A stretch of 43,950 nt of DNA, from positions 1 through 43,950 of IMG/VR virus record IMGVR_UViG_3300012041_000032. One strand, given 5' to 3'. Origin of the DNA: a virus. Lineage: Duplodnaviria; Caudoviricetes. Below the pieces are notes generated by a model. That model searched no databases and was not told where the DNA came from. It saw nothing but the letters and a program-made list of their open reading frames with translations. A program made the translations under genes and the position numbers. This document shows positions 1 through 7,839 of the stretch, piece after piece (positions within the stretch are counted from its first letter, which is position 1; the number at the start of each line of letters is the position of its first letter).

Positions 1-1
1 A

Positions 2-823
2 TGGGTCGATTGGGCTGAACGAGTGGACGGTGTGCCCGACAAAATCTACTCCGCTCCCTGCAAGGGGTTGTGGCTGACGTGCCACTCGATTGTGGGCGAG
101 GAAAGCGAGTTTCAGGATGGCATTCCCAACCGATTCCTTTCGACCGAAAAGTGGTTCAACCCCGCAACGAACCGCATCGAGTACACCCCGGCAGCGGCGG
201 CCAGCTGCAAGTTCATCCTCCGCAAGAACGGGCATCTTATCCAGATGTATCCGCTGGTTGCGGCGACATGGACTAGCGGTGGCCCCGAGGCCAATGTCGG
301 CTCCGACGCCATCGAAGCGGAAGGCGGCGGTCCAGCGTGGACCACGGAACCGCTGACGAAAGCCGCTGAGGACACCTTCATCCGGCTCTACACCGAACTT
401 GAAGCGGCACGCGGATGGGACCCGAAGCGCCCGCTGGACTATCTGCGGCAGCACAAGGACGTGGCCAGGGCGTTCGACTACGCACCGACGGCGTGCGCGA
501 GCGACCGCTACAGCAACGCATGGAACCGGCTGGCGGCCGGAGAAAGGTATGGCGAGAACGCCTTGAAGCTCACCGAATTGCAGACCGAGAACCTGCTGCT
601 GCGAGTGTTCGCGGGCAGCGAGTTCGCCACGACAGAGACGCGCCAACAGCGGCTCGAACGGGCGTTGCGCGAACTGGACAAGGCTGAAACCACGCAGTCC
701 GTCAACGACAAGACCGAGAGCATGGTGCTGGGCCTCCGAGACCACATCCAGAACCACGCAGCCGGCGTCTCCGGCCCGACTCGGCAACACGACCACATCC
801 AAAGCAAGGTGGTAGACAAATGA
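2..823 (+). CDS. Endolysin, N-acetylmuramoyl-L-alanine amidase-like (5' truncated by window edge)
   Basis: Frame is open from position 2 (WVDWAERVDG...). Amidase_2-like elements: LTCHS, WTSG..N...IEAEG, QHKDV, TAC. Followed by a holin-like gene. Confidence 0.75.
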   Translation, partial: WVDWAERVDGVPDKIYSAPCKGLWLTCHSIVGEESEFQDGIPNRFLSTEKWFNPATNRIEYTPAAAASCKFILRKNGHLIQMYPLVAATWTSGGPEANVGSDAIEAEGGGPAWTTEPLTKAAEDTFIRLYTELEAARGWDPKRPLDYLRQHKDVARAFDYAPTACASDRYSNAWNRLAAGERYGENALKLTELQTENLLLRVFAGSEFATTETRQQRLERALRELDKAETTQSVNDKTESMVLGLRDHIQNHAAGVSGPTRQHDHIQSKVVDK

Positions 824-1041
824 GCACTCTGAGAGAGTTCTTCAAGACGCCGTTCGGCATCGCTCTGGCGCGCGGGGTGTACTCGGGCGCGGTAATCGGC
901 GGGATTGCCATGCTCACAACGCTCCAGGTGACTGATGACGCCTCGGGCGCGCTGATTGTGGGCGGAATCACCTTCCTGACGACGTTGGGTGCGAGAACGG
1001 GCGTAGAGGGTGTCATCGACACTCGGGCGGCACGGCCCTAG
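820..1041 (+). CDS. Holin
   Basis: 73 aa with two hydrophobic segments; ATGA overlap with the endolysin stop. Confidence 0.7.
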   Translation: MSTLREFFKTPFGIALARGVYSGAVIGGIAMLTTLQVTDDASGALIVGGITFLTTLGARTGVEGVIDTRAARP

Positions 1042-1089
1042 AATCAGAGTCGGTTGGTGGACTCTCGACGGAGAGCCATAAAGCACGCG

Positions 1090-1111
1090 AGGCCCGCTTC
1101 GGCGGGCTTTT
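1090..1111 (+). terminator. Intrinsic terminator, possibly bidirectional
   Basis: GCCCGC-TTCG-GCGGGC-TTTT between convergent lysis and integrase operons. Confidence 0.8.
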
Positions 1112-1114
1112 CGT

Positions 1115-1213
1115 TTACCTGCTATGGCGACGGCAGAGTCCGCCTTGCCAGCGGCACGAGCGGCACCACAAGGCCCACCAGAGGGCGCGAGCGATCCACG
1201 GTAGCCAACTCAC
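1115..1213 (-). CDS. Very small Trp/Cys-rich protein
   Basis: GTG overlaps the stop of 1210..1404; MSWLPWIARALWWALWCRSCRWQGGLCRRHSR. Confidence 0.35.
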   Translation of the reverse strand: MSWLPWIARALWWALWCRSCRWQGGLCRRHSR

Positions 1214-1404
1214 GCGCCGCGCTTTAACTGTTGGCAGAGCGCAAACTTCGCCTCGGAGAGTTCGCACGACAGCCAGTAGCCGACGAGCCAAGTACCGACT
1301 CGCCGGGCGCCGCACGTCCGGCACAACGGGCCGACCGCGCGCGCGTTAACGCCAAGTACCACTTTGATCCCTTCCCATAGAGAGAGTCTGTAATCGTCGT
1401 GCAT
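1210..1404 (-). CDS. Small CxxC protein downstream of integrase
   Basis: Starts 13 nt after the integrase stop with GAGG upstream; contains CRTC. Confidence 0.45.
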   Translation of the reverse strand: MHDDYRLSLWEGIKVVLGVNARAVGPLCRTCGARRVGTWLVGYWLSCELSEAKFALCQQLKRGA

Positions 1405-1417
1405 TGGGCCTCAGCCT

Positions 1418-2410
1418 TTAGGCTAACATCTCATCGGGCGTCCGGTACTCCATCCGCTCCAGGTCGGCGCCGATGCGCTTCAAGTAGCGGTCGGTGGTTG
1501 CGGCTTTCGAGTGCCCGAGGAATTGCTGGACCATCTTGAGGTTCGTGGACTCGGCGTAAAGCTCGCTCGCGGCGGTGTGGCGAAGGCGGTGGACGGTCGC
1601 GTTCTCGACGCCCGCATAGTCGGCAAGGTTGCGAATCATCTTCCACATCGTCGTGTAGCCCATCGGAGTGCGGCGAAGGGTAATCCAAACGGGGTCACTT
1701 GGGCGCGGTTCGCCGGGAATCCAACGCTTGCGGGCCTCGCGCCACGCTTTCAGCGCCGGGTACGCTTTCGCGCCGATGCGAGCGGTGCGTTCCTTCTCGC
1801 CTTTGCCGAGGACCTTGATGCGGCGGTTGGCCCAATCGACCTGGCGCCATTGGAGCGTGACGATTTCGGACGCCCGGCAGCCGCTCGAAAGCAGGAGTAA
1901 GAGCAGCGCCCGGTCGCGGGCCTCGATAACGGGGTCGTCCTTGTAGGAGATCCACCGGAGAAGGCGCTGGACTTCTTCGCGGGAGAAGCCTTCGCGGATG
2001 AGCTTCGATTGAACGGGCTTGCGGACGCGGCGCATCGGCGAGCGCGCAACGTAGTCCATCATCTCCGCCCAATTCCAGAAGGCCCGCAGATAGCCGAAGA
2101 TGCCGTCGATGGTGGCGGTACTGAGGCGGTCGCCGCGGTCGCCATCCCGGCGCTTCGTGGTGCGCGGGCGTTCGGCCTCGTGGCGCATAAACGCCGTCAG
2201 GTGCCCCGACGTGGCCTCGTGGCAGTAGGTGGCGCCCTGGGCGGTCAAGAAGGGCAGCATCCGCGCTTCCACGGCGTCTGCGTAGGATTTCCGGGTCCGA
2301 GGACTGCCGGAGTAGTAGCCATCGAGCCATTCGGAGATGGCTTCCGGCAGAGGGAGGGGTGTCAACACTTGTTGGAAAGCTGACAACGAGACGGATTGGA
2401 TTTGGTTCAC
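1418..2410 (-). CDS. int: Tyrosine recombinase/integrase (XerC/D-like, no obvious arm-binding domain)
   Basis: Catalytic set R (GCRASE), K (GKGEK), HxxR (HRLRH), H (LGH), Y (TDRY); adjacent attP. Confidence 0.95.
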   Translation of the reverse strand: MNQIQSVSLSAFQQVLTPLPLPEAISEWLDGYYSGSPRTRKSYADAVEARMLPFLTAQGATYCHEATSGHLTAFMRHEAERPRTTKRRDGDRGDRLSTATIDGIFGYLRAFWNWAEMMDYVARSPMRRVRKPVQSKLIREGFSREEVQRLLRWISYKDDPVIEARDRALLLLLLSSGCRASEIVTLQWRQVDWANRRIKVLGKGEKERTARIGAKAYPALKAWREARKRWIPGEPRPSDPVWITLRRTPMGYTTMWKMIRNLADYAGVENATVHRLRHTAASELYAESTNLKMVQQFLGHSKAATTDRYLKRIGADLERMEYRTPDEMLA

Positions 2411-2465
2411 AATCGCTGGCTAGCCCGCCGTTTGCGCATCTGTGAGTGACGTAATTCCGCAGGAC

Positions 2466-2499
2466 TGGTGGGCGATACTGGATTCGAACCAGTGACCTC
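2466..2499 (-). other. attP common core = 3' end of a tRNA-Val
   Basis: Minus strand reads GAGGTCACTGGTTCGAATCCAGTATCGCCCACCA (variable loop, T-arm, acceptor 3' strand, CCA). No 5' half present; 55 bp upstream of int. Confidence 0.9.
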
Positions 2500-2588
2500 G
2501 TAGTCCGGCGAATATCTGAGCACTCCAGATTCAAATTCCGGGGGCGTCCCTCCTATCAGTGGTTAGAAAGAGAAGCGTCTTGGGGTAT

Positions 2589-2966
2589 CTACGGCTCGGT
2601 GGGTTCGTAGGCCCCGAGGACTTCTTCGACCTTCCAATGGGCGTCGGCGTGGCGCTTGCGTTCCGGCCCCGCCAGGAGTTCCCAATCGAGCTTGGTCCGG
2701 GGCCATCGTTCGGCCGGCGCGTAGTTCGCGTCCACGAACCATTGGTAGGGGTAGCCCGTCTTTCGGGCGAAGTTCCAGAGGTCGATAGCGTCGATGCCGT
2801 TGTAGCCGTTGGCGATGTTCGAGAGCGTGGATGCCGCAGAGAAGCCGATGGCATCCGCCCCGCGCTGGCGGCTCCACCCCAATTCATCGAGCACGTACTG
2901 GACTCGTGCCCCCAACGCCTTCTGTTGCGCAATGCGTGCGTCGTCGCGTGGCGGTTTCTTTGGCAT
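2589..2966 (-). CDS. XRE-family HTH immunity repressor
   Basis: LGWSRQRGADAIGFSAASTLSNIANG helix-turn-helix; GAGGA RBS before ATG 2966; divergent from a Cro-like gene. Confidence 0.85.
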   Translation of the reverse strand: MPKKPPRDDARIAQQKALGARVQYVLDELGWSRQRGADAIGFSAASTLSNIANGYNGIDAIDLWNFARKTGYPYQWFVDANYAPAERWPRTKLDWELLAGPERKRHADAHWKVEEVLGAYEPTEP

Positions 2967-3139
2967 GAACAATTCCTCGGTTCCTACATACCGCGTATGC
3001 GGCCCCAAGATTAATCGTAGGAAAGTTGTTCCGCAAGTCTTTCCGGTATTGCAGGTAGGTGTGGGCCGGGAGTAGAGTGTGCGGCACGTCACACTTAAGA
3101 ATGATCATCGGAACACCACTACGAATAAAAGGTGGAACA
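2967..3139. promoter_or_regulatory. Divergent lysis/lysogeny control region
   Basis: TTGCAG-N18-TAGAGT (3049-3078) rightward promoter candidate; inverted repeat TTCCTAC/GTAGGAA (2981-3023); several GGAAC/GGAA repeats. Confidence 0.6.
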
Positions 3140-3346
3140 ATGGGAAGCACGTCACGAACTGTCGCCCGGCCGCGTAAGGATTGGACCGTGGTGAAGCAAA
3201 AGGCCGATGCCGAGGGGCAATCCCCGGCGCGATTCCTGGCGAAAGTGCTGGCGCGGCACTCGACTTACGAGGGTGCGGCGCGGGAGTTGGGAGTGACCTC
3301 GCGGGCGCTTCTTAACTACCGGCGCAGATACAACCTACAGGGGTGA
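3140..3346 (+). CDS. Cro-like small HTH regulator
   Basis: YEGAARELGVTSRALLNYRRRY HTH; first gene of the rightward operon. Confidence 0.75.
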   Translation: MGSTSRTVARPRKDWTVVKQKADAEGQSPARFLAKVLARHSTYEGAARELGVTSRALLNYRRRYNLQG

Positions 3347-3350
3347 TCCA

Positions 3351-3515
3351 GTGGTTCAGGCGAAGGACTGTGGGCGGGTAACGACGTGCGCGGAGTGCAA
3401 GGGGACGGGCCTGCGCGAGAAGCTGGTGCCGCGCGAGCCGGGGTCGGCGTTGCGGTACTGGTCGCTCCAGCCGTGCGAGGCTTGCAGGCCCGCTTACACA
3501 CAGAAGAGGGCGTGA
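3351..3515 (+). CDS. Small zinc-finger protein (CxxCxGxG), not in ORF track
   Basis: MVQAKDCGRVTTCAECKGTGLREKLVPREPGSALRYWSLQPCEACRPAYTQKRA; clear paralogue at 23787..23948. Confidence 0.7.
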   Translation: MVQAKDCGRVTTCAECKGTGLREKLVPREPGSALRYWSLQPCEACRPAYTQKRA

Positions 3516-3836
3516 GATTCGTGAACGACGCAAAAACGATTTCCGCGAACCGAAGCATCGTTGGTGGGGCTGAGAGAGCTTCCACTAGCAACTCGGGGGA
3601 TTTTCGCACTCTTGACGTGTATGGGCGACAGCACTTCGCACGCATCACAAAAGGCCGTAAGCGGATTCCGAGGTTTTCCGAAGGGAGATGGCTAGCCCGC
3701 CGCCTCAACGAATCCGTGGTGGACATCTCAGCCGCAAAGGAGGGCCGCAAAGCCACTGTTAACCAATAGGGGAACGACCGAGAGGCGTCCCGAGCTTTTC
3801 GGGGCGCCTCGCCATCTCTAGAGAGGACACCAACCA

Positions 3837-4235
3837 ATGTCTACGACCTATCCCGACGAGCAAGTCCTTCGCAAGCGCGAACTGATGGCGGCCAACCCCG
3901 AAATCATGGAGCGGATGGAAGAGGTTATCCCGCTCACCATGAAGATCGCGGCGAGAGTGCTCGCGGACTTGCCGCCGCTGATGCTGGCGAAGCTCGCTGG
4001 CGACATTCACGTCATTTCGAGCGTGACCGCTTCGGTGCTGCCGTTCGTGAAGGCGGCGCTGGTTTCGCCGGAGTGGGCGGCTGGCCTTGTCGAAAAATTC
4101 GAGTGGATGGATGACGCGGACCCCGAAGGCAACGACGGGATGCCCGCGCTGTTCGAGTGCGCCCGCGAACTGATGGCGGACATTCCCGTTTCCATCGTCC
4201 ACGCGCCGGAGGTTTCCGATGGGCACCGTGACTGA
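3837..4235 (+). CDS. Hypothetical protein
   Basis: GAGG RBS, acidic globular sequence, fits operon. Confidence 0.7.
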   Translation: MSTTYPDEQVLRKRELMAANPEIMERMEEVIPLTMKIAARVLADLPPLMLAKLAGDIHVISSVTASVLPFVKAALVSPEWAAGLVEKFEWMDDADPEGNDGMPALFECARELMADIPVSIVHAPEVSDGHRD

Positions 4236-4887
4236 CATCGCGCCGGGAGTGACCGAGGACTGGACGGCTACCGTGGCCTGTCTCTGCTGGGCGGGGAAGC
4301 GTGCCGCCGGCCTCGTGTTCTGCCCGGAGCATCACATCTACTGGTTCGGTGGCCAGCGCGTCCCGAGCGTCACGGGCATCTTGCGCGGCCTCGACAGCTA
4401 CGTCCACGTTGACGCCGATGTGCTCGAAGCGGCCCGCCAGCGCGGAATCGCCGTCCACTCCGCAACGCAATTCGATGACGACGGCGAACTGGACATGAAC
4501 ACGGTGGACGACATGATCCGGCCGTACCTGTTCGCCTGGCGCTCGTTCCGCAAAGAGAGCGGTTTCGAGCCGCTGCATCAAGAGGGGCGCGTGTACTCGC
4601 CGAAGTACCGCTATGCCGGGACCTACGACGTGATCGGATTCATGGGCGGCAAGCGCGTGCTCATCGACAAGAAGTCGGGCGACCAGGTGCCGCTCGCCGC
4701 GGGGCCTCAGACCGCCGCCTATGCCGCCGCCTACGAAGAGGCTGGGGGCGACCGTATACAGAAGCGGTACGTGGTGCAACTGCGGTCGAACGGCGACTAC
4801 CAACTTATCCCGTATGGCGCGAGTGACGACCTCCAGTGCTTCCTCGCGCATCTCCAGATCCATCGGTGGCGCGAGGCGCACGCATGA
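4219..4887 (+). CDS. PD-(D/E)XK exonuclease (phage recombination nuclease)
   Basis: PSVT, RGxxVH, E..YAGTYD, IDKKS, QTAAY motifs; upstream of Bet. Confidence 0.85.
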   Translation: MGTVTDIAPGVTEDWTATVACLCWAGKRAAGLVFCPEHHIYWFGGQRVPSVTGILRGLDSYVHVDADVLEAARQRGIAVHSATQFDDDGELDMNTVDDMIRPYLFAWRSFRKESGFEPLHQEGRVYSPKYRYAGTYDVIGFMGGKRVLIDKKSGDQVPLAAGPQTAAYAAAYEEAGGDRIQKRYVVQLRSNGDYQLIPYGASDDLQCFLAHLQIHRWREAHA

Positions 4888-5369
4888 GCCGTTTCGCCGC
4901 GACCTGGGCCAAGACGATGAGCGACATCGAGGACACCTTCCGCAAATGGAAGGTTGCCGACTGGACGACCAAGCCGATGCGGGAACTGGACAAGCGCAAT
5001 CACTATTGGGCGCCGGAGGAGTGCGCGGTCGAAGTCCAGTTCGTCCTTCGCGGCGACACGGTGAAGTTGACGTGCGCCGCTCAGCCCTACTACGCCGACA
5101 ATTTCCGCGTTCTCTACTACGCCGTCGAAGCGATGCGAATGAATGAGGATCGCGGCCTCACGAACATCATGCGCGACGCCTACATGCAGCTTTCTGCTCC
5201 CAAGGCGGAGCGCGATCCGCACGAAATTCTCGGGGTTCGGCCCGATGCGCCGTCCGAAGTCGTAGCAGCGAGCTACAAGGCGCTCGTGAAGCAGTACCAC
5301 CCCGACGTTGGCGGCGACGCGGCGAAGTTCAAGGAAGTGCAAGACGCTTACGAAAGGATTTCCAAATGA
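4884..5369 (+). CDS. J-domain (DnaJ-like) protein
   Basis: C-terminal DPHEILGV...YKALVKQYHPDVGGDAAKFKEVQDAYE with intact HPD. Confidence 0.85.
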   Translation: MSRFAATWAKTMSDIEDTFRKWKVADWTTKPMRELDKRNHYWAPEECAVEVQFVLRGDTVKLTCAAQPYYADNFRVLYYAVEAMRMNEDRGLTNIMRDAYMQLSAPKAERDPHEILGVRPDAPSEVVAASYKALVKQYHPDVGGDAAKFKEVQDAYERISK

Positions 5370-6040
5370 CTGAAACCTCGCTAACCATCCCGCCGCCGGA
5401 TGCGGATATGCTCGCCAACGTGCGGGAGTTCGCCCGGAACGCTCAAACGCTCGTTGTCTCCGACCTCGCCAGCCGCGACGGCGCCGCACTCCAACTCAGG
5501 GAAGTGGCGACGTTTATGAAGGTGCTGGACGACAACCGGAAGCAACGCACGCGGCCAATCGACGCGGCCAAGAAAGCCGTGATGGACGAATACAAGCCGG
5601 TGGAAACGGAGCTTGCCACGGCCCGGATGGCGATAACCGCCGGCATCTCGACGTTCGACCGGGCGGAGCGCATGAAGGCGCTCGAAGCCCAACAAGCCGC
5701 CGACGAAGCCGCCGCGAAAGAACGGGCGCGGCTGGCGAAGCTCGCGGAGAAGGCTGAGGCCCGCGGCGACACGGCAAAGGCTGACGAGTTCGAGCGGCGT
5801 TCCGAGTTCGTGGCGACGCAAGCCCCGGTCGCGGTGCCCCCGCCGAAGCTCGAAGGGGTGAGCACGCGCCAGGTGTGGAAGTTCGACGTTGTGGATGCGA
5901 GCCAACTGCCGAACCGCTACCTCGTGCCGGACATGGTGGCGCTGGGCGCTGCGGTGAAGTCGCTGGGCGCGGACGCTACGAACGTGATACCGGGAATCCG
6001 AGTTTGGGCCGAAGAGACGGCCGTTGTGAGGGGGCTGTAA
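5366..6040 (+). CDS. Coiled-coil phage recombination-module protein
   Basis: Long helical region and C-terminal WKFDVVD...YLVPD...IPGIRVW motif typical of genes near Bet/RecT. Confidence 0.7.
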   Translation: MTETSLTIPPPDADMLANVREFARNAQTLVVSDLASRDGAALQLREVATFMKVLDDNRKQRTRPIDAAKKAVMDEYKPVETELATARMAITAGISTFDRAERMKALEAQQAADEAAAKERARLAKLAEKAEARGDTAKADEFERRSEFVATQAPVAVPPPKLEGVSTRQVWKFDVVDASQLPNRYLVPDMVALGAAVKSLGADATNVIPGIRVWAEETAVVRGL

Positions 6041-6357
6041 TGGCCCTCCTGCAATCGGCGCAACGCCTAGAGGCCGCCATTGTCGCGTGGACGGAAGATG
6101 AGGGGTGGGACGGTCCGCTGATGGACGAATTTACCGGCCCCTCGCTGGACGAATTGCGGGCGGCGATTGATACCGAACCGAAGTGGCAAGAGAACGTGTC
6201 GCGGTTACTCGCGAACATCGGCGACCCCGGCCAATGCCGGGGCTGCGGCGCGGACATCTTTTGGGTGATTCACAAGAACGGCAAGCGCGTGCCGTACACG
6301 CCCCAGGCGCTCAACCATTTCATCGACTGCCCGAAGGCACAGGAGTTCAAGCGATGA
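6040..6357 (+). CDS. Zinc-ribbon protein
   Basis: TAATG coupling; CRGCGADIFW...HFIDC. Confidence 0.7.
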   Translation: MALLQSAQRLEAAIVAWTEDEGWDGPLMDEFTGPSLDELRAAIDTEPKWQENVSRLLANIGDPGQCRGCGADIFWVIHKNGKRVPYTPQALNHFIDCPKAQEFKR

Positions 6358-7403
6358 CGACTGCATTGACGGTTACCAAGCCCACGGGGCGCGAAGTCGT
6401 GTTCACCGCGGCACAAGAGGCCATTGTCCGCGAGATGATGCTGCCGGGGCTGGACCAGCTACAGGCCGACTACTTCCTCGAAGTCTGCCGCGTGCGGCGC
6501 CTGAACCCGCTGGCGAAGCAGATTCACCCCGTCATCCATATGGTGAAGAAGAAGGGGAGCAACGAGCGGGAGCCGCGCCTGACGATAATCACGGGCGTCG
6601 ATGGGTTCCGCCTCAACTCTTCCCGCTCGGGCGAGTACGAAGGTCAGACCTCGCCGGAGTGGTGCGGCGACGATTCTATCTGGCGTGATGTGTGGCTGGA
6701 GGACGAACCGCCGAAGGCCGCGCGCGTCGGCGTCTACCGGCGCGGCTTCCGCGAGGCAGTGTACGGCGTCGTCACATGGAAGAGTTACGCACAGTACGTT
6801 CCCCGATGGGAGAACGGCCAGCAAGTCGGCTCGAAGCTCTCGGAGATGTGGGACCGCAGCGGGCCGGAGCAGCTGGCGAAGTGTGCGGAAGCCCAGGCCC
6901 ATCGCAAAGCGTTCCCCGAAGAGTGCTCGGACATGTTCGAGGCCGCGGAGATGGGTGTCGTGGAGCGGGTAGTGTCGGCCGAAGATGAGCGCCGCGCATC
7001 GCCGCGCATCCCCGAACAGCCAAAGCGATTGGCTCCTGCCGCCAAGAAGAAGCCCAAGAGCGCCGCGACAATCCAGCGCGATCAGCCGGAGCAGGAGCCG
7101 TTCGCCGCCGCCGAAGCAATCGACGGCGAGGTTGTAGCAGAGGGGGGCTTGCCATCGGAGACCGGGCAGTCGGCGTCGGAAGCGCGGGCTGAGCCGGGTT
7201 CATTGAACTCCGGGCAAGCCCCCTTCGGTGAGTTCTGGAACGGGCTGGTGAGCCGGAAGCTGGGGCCGATGCCGGATGTCTACGCGGCCATCGGAATCGA
7301 CGCGAACATGCCGGCGCTGCGGGCCTGGTACACGGAGAACGGCGAATCGCTGGAGCTTCTGGACTACGTTCAGGAGGCTGTTGCCGCGGCGAAGGGGGAG
7401 TAG
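6354..7403 (+). CDS. bet: Single-strand annealing recombinase, Bet/RecT family
   Basis: LNPLAKQIH, GVDGFR, W..GPEQLAKCAEAQAHRKAFP. Confidence 0.9.
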   Translation: MTTALTVTKPTGREVVFTAAQEAIVREMMLPGLDQLQADYFLEVCRVRRLNPLAKQIHPVIHMVKKKGSNEREPRLTIITGVDGFRLNSSRSGEYEGQTSPEWCGDDSIWRDVWLEDEPPKAARVGVYRRGFREAVYGVVTWKSYAQYVPRWENGQQVGSKLSEMWDRSGPEQLAKCAEAQAHRKAFPEECSDMFEAAEMGVVERVVSAEDERRASPRIPEQPKRLAPAAKKKPKSAATIQRDQPEQEPFAAAEAIDGEVVAEGGLPSETGQSASEARAEPGSLNSGQAPFGEFWNGLVSRKLGPMPDVYAAIGIDANMPALRAWYTENGESLELLDYVQEAVAAAKGE

Positions 7404-7405
7404 CG

Positions 7406-7729
7406 ATGATTGACCAGGCGCGGCTACAGGAACTGCGGGCTGAGCATCGGCCGATCAGTTGCTATGAGAAAACTTGCGACGGCTCATGCAACCCCGATGA
7501 GGAATGCTGTCTCGAATGTGACGGCGACTCGTGGCCCTGCGAGCAATCAGCCATCTTGGACCTGGCGCTGGAGGCTGAGCGGCTGCGAGCGGACTTACGC
7601 TCGGCACAACGACAGGCGCGGCACTACATGGTGCAGACGCTCCCTGAACCATCGCCCGACCATCGCGGCGTGTTCAACGATTGCGAAGCGTGCGGGCGCA
7701 TCCTCGCAGGCACGGAGGCCAAGGAATGA
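7406..7729 (+). CDS. Cys-rich hypothetical protein
   Basis: CLECDGDSWPC and CEAC; fits operon. Confidence 0.65.
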   Translation: MIDQARLQELRAEHRPISCYEKTCDGSCNPDEECCLECDGDSWPCEQSAILDLALEAERLRADLRSAQRQARHYMVQTLPEPSPDHRGVFNDCEACGRILAGTEAKE

Positions 7730-7839
7730 ATCGCCTCGTGCGTTGCCCCCTGTGCGAACTCTGGACGCTGCCGGTGCCCGATGAGGCATTCTGCCCGACG
7801 CATGGGCCCATCCCCTATCCAGGGCGGCCGAATCCGTGA
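7726..7839 (+). CDS. 37-aa zinc-finger micropeptide, not in ORF track
   Basis: MNRLVRCPLCELWTLPVPDEAFCPTHGPIPYPGRPNP; ATGA and GTGA overlaps on both sides. Confidence 0.6.
   Translation: MNRLVRCPLCELWTLPVPDEAFCPTHGPIPYPGRPNP

Noticed and set aside
2466-2540. Complete tRNA gene
   Set aside because: Only the 3' 34 nt are present; no D-arm, anticodon arm or 5' acceptor strand.
2466-2966. Integration-dependent immunity (attP inside repressor)
   Set aside because: The repressor stop at 2589 lies ~90 bp before the attP core.
3386-3769. 127-aa ORF after the Cro-like gene
   Set aside because: Its 5' part overlaps the better-supported zinc-finger ORF; the remainder (GTG 3512) has no motif, so it is left uncalled.
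4219-4887. Cas4/CRISPR adaptation gene
   Set aside because: Lacks the C-terminal Cys cluster; context is a recombination module.
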